NCBI GenBank assembly: GCA_017654855.1
Contig: CM030335.1
Coordinates: 1,984,001 to 2,048,000, forward strand
Source of the DNA: Podospora anserina
Taxonomy: Eukaryota
Reading direction: 5' to 3'
DNA length: 64,000 bases
The position numbers and the translations under genes were made by a program. A model generated the notes under the pieces. The model saw nothing but the letters and a program-made list of their open reading frames with translations, was not told the origin of the DNA and did no database searches. Below, piece by piece: positions 25,055-36,151 of this stretch (position 1 is the first letter of the stretch; every line of letters begins with the position of its first letter).

Positions 25055-27000
25055 ATGGGGTCCTCGGTGCCCAGAAGCTTCATCGACCTTCCGCTGGAAA
25101 TCCAGTTCCTGGTTTTCGCCAACTTTGACTGTGCACGCGACCTTCGAGCGCTTGCCTTGACTTGCAAGAAGCTGCATAGCGCTGTCAACAACGATGGATG
25201 GCGACGTTTCGTGGAACGCAGTTTTCCCTCTCTGTCTATTCCCATTCCAAACGGAAATCGCCACACCTGGGAACAACTCGCCGAATCACTAACCTGGCAA
25301 AGTCGATGCTGGGACCGGCGAGCTCTGCAATTCCAAGTTCTACTACACTCACCACACGGCGATGAGGTGAGACGGCACCGAGGGAATACGAGGGGGAGAA
25401 GTCTATTCCACTCTGTTGTTGATGCTCATTTCGACCCAGCCACCCATGAAGAGCTCGTTGTATGGGGTGCCGGAGAAGACATCGTTGGCCGGTATAGGGA
25501 GCGCCAGGGACCGGACAAGCCGTCCAAGTCTTCGTGGCACAGCGTTAATGGCAAGGAACTGGGCTTCAGGGCGGCTTACGATGATGTCAACTCGGTAAAG
25601 ATCGTCAACCACCACACCGGACGAGCTGTTGTCACTGGAAGGCACAATGGAACGCTGTCGCTCATATCAGCGGAACCGGATCGCTTTGGCCAGCCCATCT
25701 CGGAGTTCAAGTTCGGTCCTCCACAAACATCTGAAACAAACAACGGCTCAGAACCGGAAAATCTCAGTTCGTTGGATGTTCTTCAACACGGCTCCAGCAC
25801 AAGAATAGCGGCTGCCACGAGGAATGGCCTGGCCATATTCGACCTTCCTGCGGACGCCACAACCGAACTAGAGCCATCTGCTACATTTGATCTCAAAACA
25901 GAGATATTCTCCCTGAACACCTCGAGACTCAGTCGTGCCAAATGGATGGAACAGGGCGAAACCGTTGCATTGGCTTTGAGTGGCTCTCCCGATCCTCTCC
26001 GTTACCTCTCCCTGACACCAACGGGCCTCACTCATCACACAGCTGCCAAGAATGCATCAATTGCAGCTCAGTTTGAGCTCAAGGACAATGGAAATATCTG
26101 TCCCAATTCTCTAGAACCTGTTTATCGGACTGGAGGCTGCAGAACCAGTCTACTTCTCAGTGCGTGGCGAGATGGGACTATCAGGTGCGTCAACCTGACA
26201 GCTTCCGAACCGCGTCTGGCCATGGTACTAACACCGTCTGTAGGTTACAAGACTTACGCACACCATCACCGTTTGACGCTGTCTATCAAGACAATGTTGA
26301 TCCATGGGTTGATGCTGAGGCCCTCATGACATACGGCACAGAGCGCTTCGTTGCCGGAGGCGGGGATGGCCTCACCGTCAAGATATTCGACTTTCGCTGG
26401 GAGCGACCCTACCATCACACCTCAGGTCTTCCGTGTCTGAACTCATCGCCATTCCCAGGACCCTCGCAAGCGTTCTTGAAAAATCCTACAAAGTCAAATC
26501 TCGGCAATGAAAGGTGCAAGCAAGGACGAGCGTGCCAGTACCACGAGCTCTCAAAACACATCTACTATCGACCGAACGCCAAGTTTTACCTTTCCAGGTC
26601 ACTGATCAACAGCAGCGCCAGCATCTGGTCGCTTGCCCGAGGGTCAGACATCTCGCCCAACTTTTACATTGGCATTTCGGGCGGAGTTATCGAAGCCAAT
26701 CTGGAGCCGTGTCCAAACAACTACCCACCGGACCGGCCCACTACCGACCCTAATTTTGGATTCCCAGACTGGAGAGGACGTGCGGCAGATGGCAGCGGGT
26801 ACATGAGCAGACAGGTCTCGCCGGCTCTTATGGAGATTGGGGACGGTTATGCATACAAGCACAACGACAGACCGATACTGCTTCCCAGGCTGCAGGACTG
26901 TGGTGGTCCTCCGAGCTGGTCTGGCCCGATACTGAAGCTCTCCAAGTATCACCGGCTCGATATGAACTATCAGACAAGGGGGGACTTTCTGTGGGGTTGA
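25055..27000 (+). CDS. F-box protein with beta-propeller-like C-terminal region; intron 26185-26243
   Basis: FIDLPLEIQFLVF...LRALALTCKKLH F-box; WD-like strands LLLSAWRDGTIRLQDLR and TVKIFDFRW. Confidence 0.82.
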
Positions 27001-28237
27001 CCATACATCAGGGATAGAAAACTGGACATATCACGGGACCATTCCCCTGAAGCATTCCAAAGCAGCCAACATCCCAACATTTCGTGTTTCCATGCCAGGA
27101 ACAGCATGCTGAGAAGCCTCTGTTCCCCAGCTGACCAGGTCAGATGAACAGTGGTTGAACCTGGAGAAAACGGCCGGGATGGTGCGGCTTAGCTAACAAC
27201 TGGGGAAATGGGGTGACCCGATTGGTTGGCTACGTCAAAGCTGGGCTGAAAAAGGCCAAGACAAATGCCGAGACTTCTCTGGATTGCCGGATCTGAACGG
27301 ATGGGGTGGGTCGCGCTCGGGACGAGTGACGGACGTGCATGCACTTGCGACCCGGGAAATCATCTTGTCGGGAATACATCAGACATTTGGAGTATCGTTT
27401 ATTTGGGATGTTATCTTTTTGGAGATGTAGACAGTATGTACATACAGAGTTGGGACCAACAGCATCAAACCAACCTGAGACAGGTCTGCAAGGGGAGAAT
27501 TGGGGAAAAAGGCGTGGTTTGGGGGATTTATAAAGAGCGAAGAAGCCCAGGCTTGAAATGATCAAATGTGATGTCAGACATTACCCCTCCATAGCCGTGC
27601 TTCTGCCGACGGCGGCCGGTCGAGGGGCACGGCCCCGTACAAAAGTGACAAACCTCCTGCAGATGAGTTCAACAAGGTACAAGCTCACACACATACACAC
27701 ACACACCCCGGGGGTGGTGATCCCTGGGTGGACGGATGGATAAGGACGGGCGGAATTAACGTGGGATAATACGTTTCGTTAGACACACAATCACAGATAC
27801 CGGTGCCTTGTGCCGTCGGGTCGGGTGTTTTTGGCTCCAAGGGGGGCGGGGGGGAGTGTGTCTTTTGCTGGCCTGGGGGCGCGGTCGAGGAAAATAGATA
27901 AGTTGGCTGTTCTGGCCGTTTCAAACTTTCATTGTTGTTCCTGTTCTTTTTCTTCCCGTTATACCTGGTTGTTCCACTCATACTCGAATCCACTTCGTCA
28001 TATCTTGTTTGACGACATCATCACCAACAAGAGCCCTAGATACCCACCTTGCTTGCTTGTGTGTGTATAAGTCAAGCTTCGATTTCCATTCACCCGATTG
28101 GTTTGACGGCGTCATAAAGTAGATCCCGCTTTGACTTATACACTACTTCAAGGTCTACCACCACCAACATTATCATCACAAACTTCACATAGCTGTTTTC
28201 TTCTCACAAACAGCAAAACATAACAACTACCGTCAAG

Positions 28238-29405
28238 ATGGTTTCAGCATACACCAGCAACGGCTCCGAGGGCGAGACGGAGAAGATCAACACCAACATT
28301 GTGACGCTCACCCGGTTCTTGACTGAAGAGCAAGTCAAGCACAAGGAGGCCACCGGTGACTTTACGTACGTTTCTTCTTACCAATTCCCTCCCCCCATAT
28401 TCATTCACCTCTAACAATCTCATGTCTTCAGGCTCCTCTGCCACGCCCTCCAATTCTCCTTCAAGTCCATCGCCTACTACATCCGCCGCGCCACCCTCGT
28501 CAACCTCACCGGCCTCGCCGGCAGCTCCAACACGACAGGCGACGACCAAAAAAAACTCGACGTCATCTCCAACGACCTCTTCATCGAGGCCATGCGCTCG
28601 TCGGGTAAATGCGCCTTGCTAGTGTCGGAAGAAGAGGAGGAAGTAATCTACTTCAAAGACGCCAAAGACGCGCGCTACGCCGTAGCCTGCGATCCAATCG
28701 ACGGCTCCTCCAACCTCGACGCTGGTGTTTCCGTCGGGACAATCTTTGCGATTCACAAGCTGGCTGAGGGGTCGACGGGAACAAAAGAAGACATCCTCAA
28801 GCCCGGGACGGAGCTTGTCGCGGCGGGGTTCACCATGTACGGTGCGTCCGCCCAGCTGGTGATTACGATGAAGGGGGGGAGCGTGAACGGGTTTACGCTG
28901 GATAACGGGGTGGGGGAGTTCATTCTGACGCATCCGGACATGAGGCTGCCGAAGAAGAGGAGTATTTACAGTGTGAATGAGGGGAATAGTTTGTATTGGG
29001 AGGACAATGTGAAGGAGTATTTTAATAGTCTGAAGGAGGCGAAGGAGGAGGGGGGAAAGCCGTATAGTGCCAGGTATATCGGGAGCATGGTGGCGGATGC
29101 GTACAGGACGTTGCTTTATGGGGGGGTGTTTGCCTACCCGGCGGACAAGAAGAGTCCGAAGGGGAAGTTGAGGATTTTGTATGAGTGTGCGCCGATGGCG
29201 ATGGTTTTTGAGAACGGTGAGTTTGACACATGGATCTATGGGCAAGGGAGATATGATGCTGACAGTGATTATAGCTGGTGGCCAGGCGGTTGACAGCCAG
29301 ATGAGGAGATTGATGGAGGTGGTGCCGGAGCATATTCATGACAAGAGTGGAATTTTCATGGGCAGCTGGGATGAGATTGAGAAGGTCAAGTCCTTCCACA
29401 AGTGA
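28238..29405 (+). CDS. FBP1: Fructose-1,6-bisphosphatase; introns 28366-28431 and 29217-29274
   Basis: GDDQKKLDVISN, DPIDGSSNLD, RYIGSMVAD, GKLRILYEC motifs. Confidence 0.97.
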
Positions 29406-29806
29406 GGGATATGACAAGAACATCATGACATGATTGAAGCGATGGAAGTCAATTTTGGGTATTTCTTTTTTTTTTCTTTCTCATTTTACTACACATGCAT
29501 TCACCACGAGGTGTTTTTTTTTTTTTTTTTTTTTTTTTTTTTGGTAATCTTTCAATGAATGAATTCGATATCATGAGAATGTTCCTTGGTGTTTGATGTG
29601 TAATGTCTCGTGCTCTTCTGAGAACATGGAATCGGACTCGACACCGGCCCCCGCGGTGGAACCGTTCTGCAACAAGTGGTGTGTGTGTATGCAGGTACTA
29701 TTTGACCATCAGAGTCAATCGCTTGAACCTAAAGCAAAACAACTCCCTGACCGTTATTTGTCGATGTTGAGGCTGTCTCCCTCACCACGAAATAGTTGAC
29801 ACACAA

Positions 29807-29965
29807 AAAGTATGTTCACATGCCTTAAAGAATAGTTTATAGGCCTTCAAAGATATTTAATAGGCCTTTGGGAATATTCAAAAGGCCTATTAACTATCTT
29901 TAAAGGCCTATAAACCATCTTTCAAGGCCTATGGACTATCCTGTAGGGGCATGTTAACCTACTTT
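29807..29965. mobile_element. MITE/foldback-like element, about 160 bp
   Basis: Imperfect terminal inverted repeats (aaagtatgttcacatgcc / ggcatgttaacctacttt); near-perfect internal palindrome centred on gaatattc (about 29872-29879); AGGCCT at 29841, 29862, 29883, 29904, 29925. Confidence 0.7.
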
Positions 29966-30306
29966 AAGTATCCTCAATTATCTTGTGGCAAGGGTGGCTG
30001 TTTATGGTGCCTGAGTAAGTCCGGTTTTGGAGTTGCAGCGGGCATGGGCGATCGACAAGACCTTAGCAGAGAGAGGGTTTGAGGGATATCTCACATGCCA
30101 ATTGGGCTATTTTTGTTTCTTCCCCAGAGTTTCTTACTACCCCGTGATTATGGAATCCATGGAGATTCTTTTTTTGAAGAGACAAACCAAAAAAAGTCGG
30201 GGAACCGGGGATTGCCCAGGCGGCGGAAAACATCTTGCATGTGAAAGGAGCTGGATGCATCAGAGGAAAACGCACCCCGGGTCGCACTAGGCCGCATTTG
30301 GCTATG

Positions 30307-30470
30307 CCTCGGCCTTTTTCTGACATCACCTGGACCCGCGGCTGGCCACGGAGCACACGGCAGCGAAACCTCGCCTCACACGGGCGCCGTGGGTGGACAG
30401 TTTCGCTGTGGAATGCGCTTTTCGACCTTGGCTGTTGTGTTCAGCGAGGGAAACAACCGCTACTCCGAGG
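30307..30470. promoter_or_regulatory. Two CCTCGG/CCGAGG sites (FarA/FarB-type fatty-acid response element) upstream of the thiolase
   Basis: CCTCGG 30307-30312 and CCGAGG 30465-30470; the motif is established for Aspergillus nidulans FarA/FarB targets. Confidence 0.6.
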
Positions 30471-30663
30471 TATCTTTTTGAATTATAACCATCTCCAACC
30501 CCCGCCCCCGTCCATCCGTTTCTCTGTTTGTCGTGCCACTACCTTTTAAAAACTATCCTTCCCTTCTCTTTGTTGTGTCCTACAACTTCTGACCCTGTAT
30601 AACTCCTTGTTCCACCACTTTTTCAAGTCCCTTGGCTCGTTACAAGATCCACAAACCGCAACA

Positions 30664-32039
30664 ATGGGTGGTGAGTAGACTTCCTACCGATGACCGGCGC
30701 GTGACGGCTGACATTCCGTGGTGAAGCTCTCGACAGACTTTCTCAGCTGGGCAACCAGATCTCCGGCGGCGCCTCCGCAGGCGGCAAGGCCAAGCTCCTG
30801 GAGAAGAACCCCGATGATGTTAGTTTGACCTGGACACATGACAACCGCGGCGCATAACTGACATGCCTTGTTCAACAGATCGTCGTTACCGCTGCCCTCC
30901 GGACGGCCATCACAAGAGGTGGAAAGGGTAGCTTCAAGGACACAGCCGCCGCCGACCTGATGGCTGGTGCCCTCAAGTCCATCATCGAGCGCTCCAAGAT
31001 CAACCCCGCCCTGGTCGAGGATATCGTTGTCGGCACCGTCCTCGCCCCCGGTGGTGGCGCCACCGAGATGCGCGCTGCCGCTCTTGTTGCCGGCTTCCCC
31101 GACTCCACCGCCGTCCACACCCTCAACCGCCAGTGCTCTTCCGGTCTCCAGGCCTGCGTTGACATTGCCAACGCCATCCGCTCCGGCCAGATCGAGGTCG
31201 GCATCGGCGCCGGTGTCGAGTCCATGTCCACTCAGTATGGCCCCGGCGCCGTGACCGAGTTCTCCGAGCTCCTCGAGAGCCACCCCGAGGCTGCCAACTG
31301 CAAGGTCCCCATGGGTGTCCTCTCTGAGCAGATGGCCAAGGCCAAGGGCGTCACCCGTGCCGTCCAGGATCAGTTCGCTGCCGCTTCCTTCCAGAAGGCC
31401 GTCAAGGCCCAGAAGGCTGGTCTCTTCAAGGAGGAGATCGCTCCCCTCAAGGTCAAGTACGAGGACCCCAAGTCCGGCGAGACCAAGGAGATTGTCGTCG
31501 ACAAGGACGATGGCATCCGTGAGGGTGTCACCGTCGAGTCCCTCGGCAAGATCCGTGCTGCCTTCGCCAAGGACGGCAGCATCCACGCCGGCAACGCCTC
31601 CCAGGTTTCCGACGGTGCCGCCGCCGTTCTCCTCATGAAGCGCTCCACCGCCGAGAAGCTCGGCCAGACCATCCTCGGCAAGTACGTCAACGCTTCCATC
31701 GTTGGTGTGCCCCCTCTTCTCATGGGTCTCGGCCCCTGGAAGGCCATCCCCAAGGTGTTCGAGCTCACTGGCATCACCAAGGAGGACGTTGACATCTTTG
31801 AGATCAACGAGGCTTTCGCCTCTCAGTGCCTCTTCTGCGCCAACGAGCTTGGCATCCCTGCTGAGAAGATCAACCCTAAGGGTGGTGCCATTGCTTTCGG
31901 CCACCCTCTCGGCTGCACCGGTGCCAGACAGGTGTCCACCCTCCTCTATGAGCTCAAGAGGACAAACCAGAAGATTGGTGTCACTTCCATGTGCATTGGT
32001 ACTGGTATGGGTATGGCTGCTGTCTGGGTTGCCGAGTAA
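30664..32039 (+). CDS. POT1: Peroxisomal 3-ketoacyl-CoA thiolase; introns 30671-30726 and 30819-30878
   Basis: N-terminal PTS2-like RLSQLGNQI; NRQCSSGLQA, NEAFASQ, GHPLGCTG, MCIGTGMG; strongly biased codons. Confidence 0.95.
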
Positions 32040-33113
32040 GTGGAAGAAGGAAAGGATTGAACAAAAATCATCATTCATTTTTGGTTTGGCAAGCGAAATC
32101 ATTTTGGGCATTTTTCATGATATTTTTTTCCTTTTTGTATTACTCGATTAATGAGAGGAGGCCGTCGTGTCGTCACGTTCGTCTGGCTGTGTAACTCTAG
32201 AGGGCAATTTCAAAGGAACAGGGAACAGAGTTGGTTATACCTTAGGTAGCTACAGTATGGGAGGGGCAAGAGTTCAACTGTGTGCTTGGACAAATACACA
32301 CAGTTACAAGGCATTATCTTTTGGAGCGTTGTTTTTTCTGCATGTGAATTTATCAGGAGCAAGTTCATTGGCCTCGAGAAGTCGAGAAGTAACTGACAGA
32401 ATGGTGGATAATTACTGTGTGGGGTAGGAGACGTAGTGGGGATGGCTTGAAAGCTGGCCAATCAGAAACTTTGTATTGTTCTGGGGTGCCGTCACCGCTC
32501 TGGGGGATGTGAGTCCTCTTTCTCAATTGGAATTACTAGAAGGCCAGCCCAGTCGCTTCTGGACCCTTTCGTGGAGTTCAACATCTCCATTTGTCTCGTA
32601 ATTTTCAACCTCGACATTTCTGCAGCGTTCACGGAAAACCCATCAAATCCTCGGCATCGATTTCTATCCCGGTACCCTCCGGTTCTCAAAGCTTCCCGGT
32701 CCTGCGGTTCACGGTGCAAGGTCTAGGATTCTCGGCGTTCGATTGGTTACACGCCCCGATTCGATATTCGAGACAAATCCGATTGCGGTTTTTGCGAGCC
32801 CTGCAAGTTTCGAAACCCCGCATACTCCCCCGTTACTCGTACTCCGGTGCTCTATGACGAATTGAAGGTTGGAGGGGGAGAAATATACATTGGCACTACG
32901 CCGTTACCGGCTTTGTTGACCACACACAGGCTTTAGAGCCAGCAAGGCTGTGAACGGCCTAGTGAAGAAGGTGTTGTTCATAGTGCGTCTTTTCATAGCC
33001 GGACAGGTTTCTTTGAAGTGCCCCGCGGCAGGTGGTGCAGGAAACTGTCTCGGAAGGACAGAAAAAAAAAAGGGGACGTTAGGTCGAAATAGGACACAGC
33101 GAAAGGGCCTGTC

Positions 33114-35081
33114 ATGGCGAGAGAGAATAATGAGGCGCCGGGTGCCGGCCAATCAAAACGGCCATCCATGATTCATTTCGACAGCAGCGATCAAACACAG
33201 CAACACACCGTGGTGCAACCGCATCACCGTGTCAAGAGCCAAAAGCACATTGTGGGTGGTGGCTCACGGCTGCATGCGCGAGTGCCGTCTTCCAAGGGTC
33301 TTCACAAGCACCACGGTGGTGCAACAGCCTCGACGACCAAACTGAACAACCACCACCGACAACACGGCAGCGGCTCGATTTCACCAGATAAAGACGGGGA
33401 GGGACTGACTTTGGTGTCGAAACGTCACCACCATCGCCGAGCAACCTCGGAGCTGAAGCTCACCGGGGATGCTACCACGTCATCCAATCACATACAAAAG
33501 AACGTGTCGCAGACGAACCTGAAGCGCAATCGGTCCCAGGCGGATGTGGGGAAGAAGAGCAAGTCTACGACGAGTCTGCATCGACATACCGTCTCGAATC
33601 CAAACGTGAACAAACTCAAATCTTCGCGGGAGGGTTCCAAGGTTCATTTTAATCTGGGAGACGACGAGCAGGAAGACGATAGTCAGGACGACGGGGAATG
33701 GGTTGATGCCAGCACTTCTGCTTCACCGTTGCTTTCGAGACGAGGTTCTACTATTGGTGGGAACGGACAGCCGACGAATCCGAATCCTCCTCCTCCTCCC
33801 CCGACGAACGAAATACAGAATAAGCAACTACCTACGGTTGTAGCGTCGCCTCCGTCTCCCACGTCGCATAGAGATATTCCGAGTAAACAACAGGCGCCGC
33901 CCGAGAGTGGGAGCGGACTGCATAGTGCGGACAGTAGTTTTACCCGGAACGCTACGCTGGCTAATACGATTACTTCACGGATATTGTCCAGGGCTCCTTC
34001 TCAGGGTGCTGCGCCAAAGATGTCGACCGAGATTGCTGTTGCGCCTAGGCCGCCGGCGCCGAGACTGCCGTCTGCTCCGCCTACACGGCCGGGTTCGTCA
34101 CAGAGGATGTCGCCAGGGGAGGCGAGTCTGATGCAGTTGGCGGGAGGGGTGGGACCCAGACCTGGGAGCAGCGGGAGGGCGGAGCTGCTCACGTCGAGGT
34201 TTGTGGGTGGGAGCAGCCAGGAGCCCGGCTCGGGCATAGCGGCTGACTCTTTTATCGTTGCTGCTGCTGCGAACAAGGGGGGTGTTTCTCGAGCTGCGCT
34301 GGGCGGCAAGGCGGACGCTGGTATCCCGCGTCGGCCGCGGTCGATGGGGAGTCTGTCGCATGCGCATGAGCAGCTTAATGGGGGGAGATATGATCAACAG
34401 CAACATACTGACGACGAGGAAGGGGTTCAACACCAGTCTAATGGGGCGAGGACAAGGCGCAACGGAAACGGCTATGTAGTGCCGCGGGATATGAACCGGA
34501 CGCAGCAGAAGCTGAATCTGCAACGGGCCAGCTCGGGATTGGAGTCGACTGCTTCGGGGCAGGCGATGGTGCCTGTTGGTGGTGGAGGTGCACCGAGCCT
34601 GCTCATGGGAGCTGTCGGGGGTGGTGGGGGGGTTGTTTCGAATTATGGGACGGCGAACCCGAAGCATGGGAAGATTTTGGAGAAGACGGGGATGCAGTAT
34701 TTGAGTGTCAGACGGCATCAGAACCCGATTGCGAGGTCGGTGGCGAGGATTTGGCAGCTGCCTGGGATGGAGATCAAGGCGCAGAGGATCCCGCCGCCTA
34801 GTCGGGCTGCGAGCACTAGAAGAGGAGATTTGGGGAGGTTGGCTGTTGAAGGAGGGGGCACTAGGCCACCGAGTAGAGCGGCCAGCGGGTTGAGGGTTGG
34901 GGAGAGCGCGGCGAGCAGTTTGGGGACTGATGATGAGTTGGGTGGTGGTAACGGAGGTGGTGGTGGAAAGGGGAGACTGAGCGGTGCCAGTCTGGTGGAT
35001 GGCGGGAACGATGCCGCGACGAGGGCGCAGCTGGAGATGATGTGGAATCAGAGCATGGATTTGAGCGCGAGCCAGGAATAG
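33114..35081 (+). CDS. TORC1 subunit Tco89-like protein
   Basis: 655-aa intronless disordered ORF with RTQQKLNLQRAS and YLSVRRHQNPIARS, resembling the Tco89 conserved block. Confidence 0.75.
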   Translation: MARENNEAPGAGQSKRPSMIHFDSSDQTQQHTVVQPHHRVKSQKHIVGGGSRLHARVPSSKGLHKHHGGATASTTKLNNHHRQHGSGSISPDKDGEGLTLVSKRHHHRRATSELKLTGDATTSSNHIQKNVSQTNLKRNRSQADVGKKSKSTTSLHRHTVSNPNVNKLKSSREGSKVHFNLGDDEQEDDSQDDGEWVDASTSASPLLSRRGSTIGGNGQPTNPNPPPPPPTNEIQNKQLPTVVASPPSPTSHRDIPSKQQAPPESGSGLHSADSSFTRNATLANTITSRILSRAPSQGAAPKMSTEIAVAPRPPAPRLPSAPPTRPGSSQRMSPGEASLMQLAGGVGPRPGSSGRAELLTSRFVGGSSQEPGSGIAADSFIVAAAANKGGVSRAALGGKADAGIPRRPRSMGSLSHAHEQLNGGRYDQQQHTDDEEGVQHQSNGARTRRNGNGYVVPRDMNRTQQKLNLQRASSGLESTASGQAMVPVGGGGAPSLLMGAVGGGGGVVSNYGTANPKHGKILEKTGMQYLSVRRHQNPIARSVARIWQLPGMEIKAQRIPPPSRAASTRRGDLGRLAVEGGGTRPPSRAASGLRVGESAASSLGTDDELGGGNGGGGGKGRLSGASLVDGGNDAATRAQLEMMWNQSMDLSASQE

Positions 35082-36151
35082 AGAGCCGTGGCTGAGCGGG
35101 AGGAGACATTGGTTGCACCATGGGGGTCATCATCTCAACAGCCAAGGGGGTCGGGGTTGTCGGTTTGCAACTTGGAGACTGTCGAGGAGGAGGAGGGGGG
35201 GGGGCTCTCTAATGCGGAGCCCCCGAAGGATTTGCTGGTTGAGAGGCCTTTGTCGGGTGTTTAGAGATATCTCCCACAAGCCCGTTGAGGGATGTTATGG
35301 GGGGTGGGTGTGGGTGGGTGGGATAGTTTTTAGGTTGATGGGGAGGATAGCGAGTGATTCTTTTGAGTTTATTTGGGGGGTGTTGCTTTTGTGTTTTTTT
35401 TGACAGCGAACATGGAACTGGGGAATGAAATATGATTTTTTTTTTTTTTTGCCTTAAGAATTCTTGGTGTGGGATTAACGACACTGGGTGATGGGCAGGT
35501 CAGGCTGTATATATAGATAGATGGCTACAAGGGGGAAAGGAGCGAAACTTGATTATGACCACCACTTTGAGCAGTGTCTCTTTTTTCTTTTCGTGATGTT
35601 CTTTTTGGTATGTCCCAAGCTTCAAGTGATCACTTGAGTTGATGGGGACCTTGATGTGTGACGGGCTTCATGTTTTTCTGTCCACCTCGCAAAGTCATCA
35701 TACATACCATTCACCACACTTCATCACAGCACACCACAAGAGAGAGAGAGAACCATAGTATATTCATATTTACTCTCCTCCAGCCCATTACCCTCCTTAA
35801 CTTCCCCCTCCGCCTCCCTCCCCCCAAAAAAAGCATCACTCGCTTTGCCTCTCAAAACTCACAACACCCAACTTCCACTGTCTCCTCAAGAAGCCCCCTC
35901 CCCCCCCCCCAGCAAAAATGAAATGAAAGCCTAAACAGAGAAGACTGATAATATATACTTTGTTTCCTTGTAACAAGAAAAAAAAACCGCTTGCTTTGAT
36001 CATCAACGTCATTACCAAAATGCCCACAACAGTCACAGGTTAACAAAACAACAGCAAGTCCGCTAATTCCTATACGTTCCCCCCTCCATACCCCGAACCC
36101 CAACTCCTAGCCCCTCTCTCAATACTGATCATCCCTCCAAGGCCATGATTT

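Noticed and set aside
29403-29415. Stop-codon readthrough producing cryptic PTS1 in FBP1 or GLO1
   Set aside because: Neither stop is in the TGA-CTA context, and the FBP1 extension is two residues with no SKL-like end
29513-29542. Poly-T tract and other simple repeats (CA near 12395, TG near 41291)
   Set aside because: Ordinary microsatellites with no sign of retroposition
29807-29965. CRISPR-like reading of the regularly spaced repeats
   Set aside because: Eukaryotic context, 6-bp cores with spacers related to one another, no cas genes
30684-32111. 475-aa antisense ORF over the thiolase, and similar antisense ORFs over GLO1, PGDH and the coiled-coil gene
   Set aside because: Expected shadow of strong codon bias; no independent motifs
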